Below are positions 6,690-14,736 of a DNA stretch of 15,592 nucleotides, piece after piece; positions within the stretch are counted from its first letter, which is position 1; each line of letters begins with the position of its first letter. A model generated the notes under the pieces. That model was not told the origin of the DNA, ran no database searches, and saw nothing but the letters and a program-made list of their open reading frames with translations. A program made the position numbers and the translations under genes. Origin of the DNA: Gemmatimonadota bacterium (GTDB taxonomy: Bacteria; Gemmatimonadota; Gemmatimonadetes; Longimicrobiales; RSA9). The stretch covers positions 7,757-23,348 of the forward strand of contig JBBDRO010000079.1 in NCBI GenBank assembly GCA_040905425.1, read 5' to 3'.

Positions 6690-6789
6690 CGGGCGGCCGC
6701 ACGGGCCGCTCCGCTGGCCCCCGCCTTGCACTTTACTCGAGCGGGCCGCGCTCAGGCGGCCACCCGATCCTCACCGAGACGTGGAGTCC

Positions 6790-8880
6790 ATGCGCGCTGT
6801 TGTCGTTCTGATATTGCTGGCCGCGGTGGCAGGGGCCGCCTGGGGCATCGATCGATGCGCCGCGCCGCCCACCCCTGCGGCCGCGCAGGAGGAACAGCCC
6901 GGCGCCGATCAGCCGGCCCCCGAGACGACCATGAGATCCGCCCGCGCGTCCTCCGCGCCGGAGGGATCCTCGGCGGCCGAGGCCGCCAGTGATCCCCGGG
7001 TAGCGGCTCTGCAGACGGAGCTGGCCAGCGTGCTCGCGCGACCCGGCTGGGGCGGCGAGCAATGGGGCGTGGCAGTGGTCTCGCTGGACCGGGGAGACAC
7101 GCTCTTTGCCATGGGTCCGGACCGGACGCTCACGCCCGCCTCCAACATGAAGCTGTTCAGCTCGGCCGCCGCGCTCCATTTCCTGGGACCGGACTTCCGC
7201 TTCACCACGTTCCTGCTGGCTACCGGTCCGGTGGCCAACGGTGTACTGGAGGGTGACCTCGTGCTGTACGGCACGGGTGACCCCACCCTCTCCTCACGGT
7301 ACGGCAATCTCACATCCGTATGGGCGGCCTTTGCCGATTCGCTGCGGGCGCAGGGTGTCACACGGGTGCGCGGCGACCTGGTGGGGGACGCGTCCTACTT
7401 CACGGGCAACGGCGCGGGCGAGGGATGGAAGGACTCGTACATGAATTCCTCCTACGCGGCGCCTGCCAGCGCACTCTCGTACGCGGAAAATCTGGTCACG
7501 CTGGAGATCGGCCCCGGCCCGCGGTCCGGGTCACCGCCGGAGGTACGCACGGTGCCGGGTGGCAGGAGCCCCGTAGCCGTGCTCATGGAAGCCACGACCG
7601 TGGCGGGCGGCCGAACATCCATCTCGGCGCGCCGCGCGTCCTACGACGGCGGCATCGTGGTGCGCGGGCAGATTGCACGGGGCGCCGCGCCGGTGCGGCG
7701 GGTCGTGCCCCTCGGAGACCCCGAGGCCTACGCCGCCGGAGCGCTTCATGCGGCGCTCGAGGAGGCGGGCATCACGGTGGCGGGAAGCGTCCGTGCGGTG
7801 GACGACGCGGCCAGCTCACCGGTGACAGGCCGCTCCGTCTTCGCGCCCGCCTTCAGTGACAGCCTCCCCCTGCGGGTACTGGCGGTCCACGAAGCGCCGC
7901 CGCTCCTGGACATTCTGGAGGTGGTCAACAAGCGCAGCCACAATCTCATGGCGGAGCAGGTACTCCGGACGGTTGGGCGCGTGGTGGTCGGCGAGGGTAG
8001 CGTGCAGGCCGGCGCGCGCGCCGTGGCCGCACTCCTGGATGATGGACGTGACAGCACCGATCTGGCCATTGCGGATGGCAGCGGATTGTCCGTCATGAAC
8101 CGCGTGTCCGCGCGTGATCTGGTTCATCTGCTGTCCCGCATGCGCTACTCGCCCCTGTGGGAGGCCTACTGGCAGACGCTCCCCGAGGCGGGCCGTCCGG
8201 GCGGACTGCGCCGCATGTCGGGCACCGCCGCCCAGGGCAACCTTAGGGCCAAGACGGGAACCATCGACAGCGTCTCGGCCCTGTCGGGCTACGTGACGGC
8301 GGCCAACGGCGAACTGCTGGCGTTCTCGATCATGGTCAACGGGGTACCGTCGACCTGGCGGGCCAAGCGTGTGGAGGACGAAATCGGGGCGTCGCTAGCA
8401 GCGTTCGACCGCGGCAACGCTCCCGCCAGCAGCGCCGCACCGGAGCCGACGCCTGGGCCCACGCCCACGCCCGATACGCCGGAGACCGCGCCACCGGCCG
8501 CGGCCCCGCCAGACACGGCGCCGCGCACCCATACGATTCGACCGGGGGATACGCTGGAAGGCATCGCGCGCCAGTACAGCACCACCGTTCCCGCGCTCCG
8601 GGCGGCCAACCCCGGTCTGAACCCCCGACGCCTCATGCCGGGCCGGACCGTGCGGCTGCCGAGTGCGAGCACGGCACCCACCACGGCCACGCCGGCGCCC
8701 GAACGACCGGCTACGCCCCCGCCCGCCGCCCGCACCTATACCGTACGTGCAGGGGACACCCTGAGCGCGATCGCCCGGCGCCACGGCGTTACGCTGCAGG
8801 CGCTGGAGGCCGCGAATCCCGACCTGAATCCGCGCCGGCTCATCCCCGGCCGCACCGTGGTGAGGATCCCGGGCGGCTGA
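6790..8880 (+). CDS. dacB: D-Ala-D-Ala carboxypeptidase/endopeptidase (PBP4, peptidase S13) with two C-terminal LysM domains (696 aa)
   Basis: N-terminal hydrophobic signal/anchor MRAVVVLILLAAVAGAAWG. SxxK (PASNMK), GDPTL, SxN (SHN), DGSGLS..NRVS and KTG (AKTGT), then Pro/Thr linkers and two LysM repeats. GGAG precedes ATG 6790. Confidence 0.9.
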   Translation: MRAVVVLILLAAVAGAAWGIDRCAAPPTPAAAQEEQPGADQPAPETTMRSARASSAPEGSSAAEAASDPRVAALQTELASVLARPGWGGEQWGVAVVSLDRGDTLFAMGPDRTLTPASNMKLFSSAAALHFLGPDFRFTTFLLATGPVANGVLEGDLVLYGTGDPTLSSRYGNLTSVWAAFADSLRAQGVTRVRGDLVGDASYFTGNGAGEGWKDSYMNSSYAAPASALSYAENLVTLEIGPGPRSGSPPEVRTVPGGRSPVAVLMEATTVAGGRTSISARRASYDGGIVVRGQIARGAAPVRRVVPLGDPEAYAAGALHAALEEAGITVAGSVRAVDDAASSPVTGRSVFAPAFSDSLPLRVLAVHEAPPLLDILEVVNKRSHNLMAEQVLRTVGRVVVGEGSVQAGARAVAALLDDGRDSTDLAIADGSGLSVMNRVSARDLVHLLSRMRYSPLWEAYWQTLPEAGRPGGLRRMSGTAAQGNLRAKTGTIDSVSALSGYVTAANGELLAFSIMVNGVPSTWRAKRVEDEIGASLAAFDRGNAPASSAAPEPTPGPTPTPDTPETAPPAAAPPDTAPRTHTIRPGDTLEGIARQYSTTVPALRAANPGLNPRRLMPGRTVRLPSASTAPTTATPAPERPATPPPAARTYTVRAGDTLSAIARRHGVTLQALEAANPDLNPRRLIPGRTVVRIPGG
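8527..8871 (+). repeat. Two LysM repeats (8527-8661 and 8734-8871) inside dacB
   Basis: THTIRPGDTLEGIARQYSTTVPALRAANPGLNPRRLMPGRTVRLP versus TYTVRAGDTLSAIARRHGVTLQALEAANPDLNPRRLIPGRTVVRIP. Confidence 0.92.
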
Positions 8881-8906
8881 GGCGGAAGAGCGAGCGGCGA
8901 TTGCGC

Positions 8907-8938
8907 GCGCCCCCGGGAGCCCGAGCTTCCGGGGGCGC
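8907..8938. terminator. Strong hairpin between the convergent dacB and NlpC/P60 genes (probable bidirectional terminator/stabiliser)
   Basis: GCGCCCCCGGGAGC-ccga-GCTTCCGGGGGCGC forms a 14-bp stem with one G:U. No U-tract on either strand. Confidence 0.6.
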
Positions 8939-8958
8939 CGCATTCAGCGGGGACGGCC

Positions 8959-9993
8959 TCAGTCCGGCAGCAGGCGCCGCGCGCCCGTGAAGCGGGGACG
9001 GAGCAGGCGCGCGGCCGGGCTGGATGAGGTCAGGTCGTCGATGGCCACGCAGCCGTTGGTGAGTGAGGCGTGCAGGGTGAGCGCGCCTTCCAGACAGAGG
9101 GTCACGTGCGTGACCCGTGCCTCGTCCTCGGCAAAGAACAGGAGGTCCCCCGGCCGGAGTTCGGCAAAGTCCCCGCCCGGGTCCACCGGTGCGCCCAGCG
9201 CCGCCTGCAGGTCCGCATCACGCGGCAGCGCCACGCCGTGCATCCAGTAGACGGCCTGCACGAAGCCCGAGCAATCCACGCCCGCGGGCGTGACGCCGCC
9301 CCAGAGATAGGGGGCGCCCAGCCAGCGGCGTGCCGTGCGGGTGGCGCTCTCGCCGCGGGGCGGAAAGCGGTCCGCGAGCCGGTCCACATCCACCATCTCA
9401 CCGCTACCCAGCGCCCCGGAAGCACCATCCGGCAGTAAGTAGACCCCACCGGCCCGCAGCAGGCGAGCGCCCCACGGAAGGCGGATCAGGGGGCGCTCCT
9501 CAGGGTCCAGCAGCTCCGCGCCCAGGGACACCACCGGCTCCCCCTCCCTGGCTTCCTCCCACGCCATGGCTTCCGGCGCCGTGGCCAGGCGCAGGTAGCC
9601 CTGGTGCACCCATCCCACATAGCCGTCCTCGGACCGCACACGCAGCCAGCGCTCCCGCCGTTCCAACAGATCGACGCGCATACCTAGCACCAACTGGGTA
9701 ATCTGCGCGGCGGGTAACCGCGCCGCCGCGTACACGGGCGCCACACCGGCCCGCACCACGGCATCGGTCAGCTCCCCGAGCGCGGGGTCGGGCAGCCGCA
9801 CCACATGGTCCTCGACCGTGGCGGGCTTCAGCGCGGCACGCAGCTCCGCGAACAACGTAACCAGGAGCGCGCCGTCCGTGGCGCGCCCCTCCAGCCGCAG
9901 GCTGCCGTCCGGAGCGCTGGCGGAAAGCTCCAGGACCTCCTGGCGCGGGTCGGACGCATGCGCCTCCTGGAACGCCGCCACGAGGCGCTCCAT
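8959..9993 (-). CDS. SH3b-containing NlpC/P60 (C40) peptidase, YkfC/dipeptidyl-peptidase VI-like (344 aa)
   Basis: SH3b-like segment ITQLVLG..WLRVRSEDGYVGWV. NlpC/P60 core GAPYLWGG..GVDCSGFV..LPRDA..PGDLLFF..HV..LHAS with a Cys-His-His triad. No signal peptide, weak RBS. Confidence 0.9.
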   Translation of the reverse strand: MERLVAAFQEAHASDPRQEVLELSASAPDGSLRLEGRATDGALLVTLFAELRAALKPATVEDHVVRLPDPALGELTDAVVRAGVAPVYAAARLPAAQITQLVLGMRVDLLERRERWLRVRSEDGYVGWVHQGYLRLATAPEAMAWEEAREGEPVVSLGAELLDPEERPLIRLPWGARLLRAGGVYLLPDGASGALGSGEMVDVDRLADRFPPRGESATRTARRWLGAPYLWGGVTPAGVDCSGFVQAVYWMHGVALPRDADLQAALGAPVDPGGDFAELRPGDLLFFAEDEARVTHVTLCLEGALTLHASLTNGCVAIDDLTSSSPAARLLRPRFTGARRLLPD

Positions 9994-10020
9994 CCGGCGC
10001 AGATCGGCGCGACTCAGGGC

Positions 10021-10332
10021 TCAGCCGGCGCTGGCGCTGGTGCGCGCCCGCGGTGCCCCGTGGTAATCGCCCTGCGGCCCCGCCTTGGCCGCTTCGCCGC
10101 GCCGCGCCCGCGCCGTGGTGAGGCGGCGGCGCAGTTCGAAGACCGACATGGTACGGAGCGTACGCTCGGCGGTGGGACGGGTCTGCCAGCGCACCTCCCC
10201 TGCGGGATAGACATCGGCCCCATCGCCCGCGGGGTGAAAGACCATGTGCCACCGGCCATGGTGCCGCGGCGTCTCCTCCTCCACGGCGGTAGCCACCCAG
10301 GTGCCGCCGGTCGTGTCCTGAAACTCGATCAT
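10021..10332 (-). CDS. Small hypothetical protein (103 aa)
   Basis: MIEFQDTTGGTWVATAVEEETPRHHGRWHMVFHP... has globular-like composition and GC3-biased codons. AAGGA RBS precedes ATG 10332. Confidence 0.75.
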   Translation of the reverse strand: MIEFQDTTGGTWVATAVEEETPRHHGRWHMVFHPAGDGADVYPAGEVRWQTRPTAERTLRTMSVFELRRRLTTARARRGEAAKAGPQGDYHGAPRARTSASAG

Positions 10333-10486
10333 GGCTTCATCCTTCGTATGGTGTTGTAACATCCCGCATGGTTTTCATGCCGCCCGCCCTTGCGCCGTTT
10401 CCCGGCGCTCGCCAGCCTTGGCGGCATGCGTCGGCGTTCGCTGCGTTCCCTCACCCGTCCGACGCTTACCCGGGAGGCCAGTACCA

Positions 10487-11254
10487 ATGCAGGATGCACT
10501 GTGGGTCCGTGTCGAAGAAGGCATGCTCCAGCTGGCGGCGCTCGTGCCACGTCTCCTACTGGCGCTCGGCCTGCTCATGGTGGGCTTTGCCGTTGCCAAG
10601 ATGGTGGAGCACGGCACGGATCGGGGGCTGCGCCGCGTGGGCTTCGACCGCTGGATGGGTGAAGGGGGCGTCTCGGAGGCGCTGGAGCGGGCGGGCACGG
10701 ACCTTGAGCCTTCCACCGTGCTGGCCAAGCTGATGTTCTGGATCGTCATGCTGGCCGCCATCCTCCTGGGCGCCGATTTCCTCGGGCTCTCCACCGTCAG
10801 CCTGTTCGGCGAGCTGGTGGCATACGTACCCAACGTGATCGCCGCCGTGGTGGTGCTCGTCATCGGCATCGTGCTGGGCGAATTCGTGAAGGACCTGGTG
10901 CTCGCCTCGGCCGGCGCCCTCCACGCCGCGCCCACGCTGGCCCGCGCCGCCAAAGGCGCCATCATCCTGCTCTCCATCTTCATGGCGCTGGAGCAGCTGG
11001 ACATTGCCCAGGACATCGTGCTGGTGTCCTTCGTGGCGGTCGTGGGCGCCGCCGCCCTGGCGGCTGGCATAGCTTTCGGACTGGGCGGTCGGGAGGTGGC
11101 AGCCGAGATCACCCGCGACTGGTACGAGCGCAGCAAGCGCGCCCGGGCCCGCGCGGGCCAGCATCGGGGGACCGCGGGACGCCGCCCGCCGGAACAACCG
11201 CCCGCGGCCCCGCCGCCCTTCCCCTCCCCTCCCCCGGGTGACACCCGGGAGTGA
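10487..11254 (+). CDS. Membrane protein with MscS-type TM-helix repeats (CmpX-like, 255 aa)
   Basis: Repeated 'VPRLLLALGLLMVG' and 'YVPNVIAAVVVLVIG' helices, ALEQLDIA, and a GIAFGLGGRE end motif. No MscS beta-domain. GGGAGG RBS upstream of ATG 10487. Confidence 0.8.
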   Translation: MQDALWVRVEEGMLQLAALVPRLLLALGLLMVGFAVAKMVEHGTDRGLRRVGFDRWMGEGGVSEALERAGTDLEPSTVLAKLMFWIVMLAAILLGADFLGLSTVSLFGELVAYVPNVIAAVVVLVIGIVLGEFVKDLVLASAGALHAAPTLARAAKGAIILLSIFMALEQLDIAQDIVLVSFVAVVGAAALAAGIAFGLGGREVAAEITRDWYERSKRARARAGQHRGTAGRRPPEQPPAAPPPFPSPPPGDTRE

Positions 11255-11279
11255 GGCCGACGTAGCGTCGGCGACTCAC
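11251..11279. terminator. Hairpin at the convergent junction of the MscS-like gene and fabI
   Basis: GTGAG-GCCGACG-tag-CGTCGGC-ga-CTCAC. The stem includes both stop codons. No U-tract. Confidence 0.45.
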
Positions 11280-12049
11280 GCCATGATGCTGTAGCCACTG
11301 TCCACGTAGAGGACCTGGCCCGTGACCCCGCTGCCGAGGTGGCTGCACAGAAAAAGGGCGGAGCGCCCCACCTCCTCCTGCGTGACCGTGCGGCCCAGCG
11401 GGGCCTTGGCTTCGAAGGCGGCCATGAGGCCACGAAAGTTCTTGACTCCCGAGGCGGCCAGCGTCTTGATGGGTCCCGCGCTTATGGCGTTGACGCGCAC
11501 GCCTTCTGCGCCCAGATCCGCGGCCAGGTAGCGCACGGACGCTTCCAGCGCCGCCTTGGCCACGCCCATCACGTTGTAGTTGGGCACCACCTTGCGGGCC
11601 CCGTAGTACGTCATGGTGACCACGTTGCCCCGGGACTCGATGAGCATGGGCGCGGCCGCGCGCGTCAGGTGGACCAGTGAGTAGGCACTGATATCCAACG
11701 CGGTGCGGAAGCCCTCGCGGGAGGTACGCAGGAACTGCCCGTCGAGCTCCTCGCGGTTTGCGTAGGCAATGGAGTGTACGAGCACGTCCAGCCCGCCCCA
11801 CTGCTCGCGGACCCGCTCGAACACGCCGTCCACCTGCGCATCGTCGGTGACGTCACACTGCACCACCAGGTCGGAGCCCAGGCTCTCCGCCAGCGGACGC
11901 ACCCGCTTCTCCAGCACCTCACCGGCGTAGGTGAAGCCCAGGCGGGCACCCTGGGCGGCCATGGCCTCGGCCACGCCCCAGGCAATGCTCCGCTCGTTGG
12001 CCACCCCGAACACGAGGACCCGCTTTCCTGCCATGAGCCCGCTGCTCAT
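11276..12049 (-). CDS. fabI: Enoyl-[acyl-carrier-protein] reductase (257 aa)
   Basis: Motifs [44 protein letters not shown] (YxxxxxxK), [22 protein letters not shown] precedes ATG 12049. Confidence 0.95.
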   Translation of the reverse strand: MSSGLMAGKRVLVFGVANERSIAWGVAEAMAAQGARLGFTYAGEVLEKRVRPLAESLGSDLVVQCDVTDDAQVDGVFERVREQWGGLDVLVHSIAYANREELDGQFLRTSREGFRTALDISAYSLVHLTRAAAPMLIESRGNVVTMTYYGARKVVPNYNVMGVAKAALEASVRYLAADLGAEGVRVNAISAGPIKTLAASGVKNFRGLMAAFEAKAPLGRTVTQEEVGRSALFLCSHLGSGVTGQVLYVDSGYSIMA

Positions 12050-12068
12050 CCCGTCTCCTCCCACCGCG

Positions 12069-12344
12069 TCATTCAAACATGTCGTAGGCGCGGTCCAGGT
12101 CTTCCTTGGAATAGACCCGGAAGGATACGAGCGTGGTCGTCCGCTCGATCCCCTCCACCTGCGCCAGCCCCTCGGTCACCGTATCCGCGATCTGCTCGAA
12201 CTCGGGCACCCGAACGATGGCCACGAGGTCCCACTCCCCGGTGACGGAGTAGACCTCGGCCACCCCATCGATGGCCGCCACCTCGCGCGCCACGCGGGCA
12301 ATGCCGTCCCGAGCTGATCGAATGAGCACCACGGCCGCCACCAT
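12069..12344 (-). CDS. Stand-alone Lrp/AsnC ligand-binding (RAM) domain protein, no HTH (91 aa)
   Basis: [62 protein letters not shown] precedes ATG 12344. Confidence 0.88.
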   Translation of the reverse strand: MVAAVVLIRSARDGIARVAREVAAIDGVAEVYSVTGEWDLVAIVRVPEFEQIADTVTEGLAQVEGIERTTTLVSFRVYSKEDLDRAYDMFE

Positions 12345-12456
12345 ACGTCCTCCCGGTTGCCCCGTCTGACCAGGCACCGCGCTCGCAGACCCCCCGGCAC
12401 CCGTGACCCGCGCGAAGGTAGCCGGCGGAGAAACGCAGGCGCAAGCGGAACCGCCC

Positions 12457-12485
12457 TTGCCGCGCACGGACCACGGACGGATCTT
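12457..12485 (+). promoter_or_regulatory. Putative sigma70 promoter giving a leaderless EamA mRNA
   Basis: TTGCCG (12457-12462), 17 nt, GATCTT (12480-12485), then 7 nt to ATG 12493. No SD. Confidence 0.45.
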
Positions 12486-12492
12486 CGCGGCC

Positions 12493-13413
12493 ATGACGAA
12501 CCCGGATCCCGCGCACCGACCGCCGCCCGCCGGCGGAGGCGCTACCTACCTGCTGCTCGTGGCGCTGGTCGTGATCTGGGCGGTGAACTTCACGGTGGCC
12601 AAGGCCGCCATGGCCCACCTCACCCCGCTGGCCTTCAACGCGCTCCGCTTTCCGCTCGCCGGCCTGGTGGTCTTTGCGTTCCTGGCGGCACGCGGGCGCC
12701 TGCCCCATCCGGCTCCGGGGGATCGCGTGCGGCTCGTGCTCCTGGGCGTGCTCGGCAACGTGGTCTACCAGCTCCTGTTCATCTACGGTCTGGCCAACAC
12801 GCGCGCCGGCACGGCCAGCATCGTGCTCGCCGGCACCCCCATGCTCACCGCGCTACTGTCCGCCGCCGTGGGTCACGAGCGCGTGGACCGACGCGTCTGG
12901 ATCGGCGTGCTCTCCACCATGGTCGGGATTGCCCTGGTGGTGGTGGCGGGAGGCCAGGAGGTGACCACGGGAGAGGAGACCCTGGTGGGCGACCTCCTCA
13001 TGGTGGGCGCCAGCTTTGCCTGGGCCGGCTACACGGTGGGGAGCAGGAACTATATCCACAGGTACGGACCCGTGGCGCTCACGGGCTGGACGCTCTGGGT
13101 GGGCGGCGCTGGCCTGGTGGTCCTGGGCATACCCGACCTGGTTGCCACCGACTGGGCGGGCGTGCACGCCGCCACCTGGGCCGCCGTGATCTACTCCGGC
13201 GCCTTCAGTATCGGCGCCGCCTATCTGATCTGGTATACGGCGGTACGGAGCATTGGCAATACCCGCACGGCCACCTTCACCAACCTGGTCCCGGCCGTGG
13301 CGCTGGCCGTGGCGTGGCTCGGCCTGGGTGAGGTGCCCACGCTGGGACAGCTGACGGGTGCCGGCATCATCATCGCGGGCGTGACGCTGGCGCAGATCCG
13401 CTCCCGGGCGTAG
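12493..13413 (+). CDS. EamA/DMT-family transporter (306 aa)
   Basis: About 10 hydrophobic helices in two repeats. Motifs IWAVNFTVAK, NALRF, GLANTRAGTASIV, GHE, GDLL, AYLIW, GEVPT..QLTG. Confidence 0.9.
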   Translation: MTNPDPAHRPPPAGGGATYLLLVALVVIWAVNFTVAKAAMAHLTPLAFNALRFPLAGLVVFAFLAARGRLPHPAPGDRVRLVLLGVLGNVVYQLLFIYGLANTRAGTASIVLAGTPMLTALLSAAVGHERVDRRVWIGVLSTMVGIALVVVAGGQEVTTGEETLVGDLLMVGASFAWAGYTVGSRNYIHRYGPVALTGWTLWVGGAGLVVLGIPDLVATDWAGVHAATWAAVIYSGAFSIGAAYLIWYTAVRSIGNTRTATFTNLVPAVALAVAWLGLGEVPTLGQLTGAGIIIAGVTLAQIRSRA

Positions 13414-13467
13414 CGTGCGCACGTCCCGCACGGCGTCACCGTGCCCGTCTCACGGCCCCGCTCGCCC

Positions 13468-14589
13468 ATGAGTCAGCCGCAGCCGCCACACGATCCCCCG
13501 CCGGGCGCGCCACCTCCGCCTCTGCGACAGGTGGACCGCCTGGATCCGGCCATTTTCCAGTTGCCCGTCGAGCGCATGCGCAGCGGGTACTACAGTGATA
13601 AGTACTTCCTCTATGCCCGTGAGGTGCTGCGCAGCGACGGCCGGGATCCGAGCGTCACCATGCAGGTCTTCCAGAAGCGGCAAGCGTGGCTGGGCGGGAT
13701 GGACGAGGCCATCGCCATCCTGAAGCTCTGCCTGTCCGAGGGGTACGAGTGGAAGGACCTGGAGGTGTGGGCGCTGCACGACGGGGACGCCGTGGAGCCC
13801 TGGGAAAGCGTGTTGCACATCACGGGACCCTACGCGGCATTCGCGCACCTCGAAACGCTATACGTGGGCGTGCTGGCGCGGCGGACCAGCGTGGCCACCA
13901 ATACGCGCAGGGTCGTGGAGGCCGCCTGGCCCAAGCCGGTGATGTTCTTTCCCGCCCGCCATGATCACTGGCTGGTGCAGACGGGCGATGGCTACGCGGC
14001 GCACGTGGCAGGGGCCATCGGCGTCTCCACCGACGCGCAGGCATCGTGGTGGGGCTCGCGCGGCATCGGCACCGTGCCCCACGCGCTCATCGCCGCCTAC
14101 GGGGGAGACACGGTGGCGGCCACCACGGCCTTTGCCCGGCATGTGCCGGCGGACGTCCGGCTGGTCAGCCTGGTGGACTTCGAGAATGACTCCGTGGCCA
14201 CTTCGCTGGCCGTGGCCCGGGCGCTCGGGGAGCGCCTGTACGGGGTGCGCCTGGACACGTCCGAGACCATGGTGGACCGTGCCATCCTGCCGCGCATGGG
14301 CAGCTTCAGGGCCACCGGCGTCAATCCGGAGCTGGTGCGGTGCGTGCGGGACGCCCTGGACCGGGACGGCCACGGCCATGTCCGCATCGTGGTATCGGGG
14401 GGCTTCAACGAGGACAAGATCCGCCGCTTCGAAAGCCTGGCAGCCCCGGTGGACTCCTACGGCGTGGGCTCCGTGCTCTTCGGCGAGCGGTACGACTTCA
14501 CGGCAGACGTGGTGCGGGTGGACGGCGAGCCGTGCGCCAAGGCCGGCCGGACATGGCGGCCCAATCCACGCCTGGAACGCGTCACGTAA
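13468..14589 (+). CDS. Nicotinate phosphoribosyltransferase-like protein (short NAPRTase/QPRTase-fold type, 373 aa)
   Basis: Motifs YSDKYF, GTVPHALI (His phospho-acceptor motif), LVDFEND, GVRLDTS, IVVSGGF, DSYGVGS and FTADVV..AKAGR. Start may be GTG 13441 or ATG 13468. Confidence 0.85.
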   Translation: MSQPQPPHDPPPGAPPPPLRQVDRLDPAIFQLPVERMRSGYYSDKYFLYAREVLRSDGRDPSVTMQVFQKRQAWLGGMDEAIAILKLCLSEGYEWKDLEVWALHDGDAVEPWESVLHITGPYAAFAHLETLYVGVLARRTSVATNTRRVVEAAWPKPVMFFPARHDHWLVQTGDGYAAHVAGAIGVSTDAQASWWGSRGIGTVPHALIAAYGGDTVAATTAFARHVPADVRLVSLVDFENDSVATSLAVARALGERLYGVRLDTSETMVDRAILPRMGSFRATGVNPELVRCVRDALDRDGHGHVRIVVSGGFNEDKIRRFESLAAPVDSYGVGSVLFGERYDFTADVVRVDGEPCAKAGRTWRPNPRLERVT

Positions 14590-14601
14590 CTACCGGGTAT
14601 A

Positions 14602-14630
14602 TTGACGCAAGCTTTTATCGGATCGAGGCT
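14602..14630 (+). promoter_or_regulatory. Putative sigma70 promoter of the phosphodiesterase gene
   Basis: TTGACG (14602-14607), 17 nt, GAGGCT (14625-14630), in an AT-richer patch. Confidence 0.35.
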
Positions 14631-14736
14631 TACGACACACCTCAGACAGATCTTGACCCCCGCCGGCGGCTGCGCAGGCCCGCTGGCGCCCCGGCCCCGC
14701 TGCCGAAGCCTGCTTCCTTCCGCCAGGAGTGGCGCC

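Noticed and set aside
8420..8730. Low-complexity CCG/ACG-rich repeats
   Set aside because: They encode the Pro/Thr/Ala linkers of DacB-LysM and are not CRISPR or mobile repeats.
10340..10380. AT-richer patch GTAAC-N10-GTTTTC, possible GlnR or ECF-sigma site
   Set aside because: Spacing matches neither consensus. Probably ordinary divergent promoter DNA.
14578..14600. Pho-box-like GTCAC upstream of the phosphodiesterase
   Set aside because: Only one half-site, with no 11-bp repeat.
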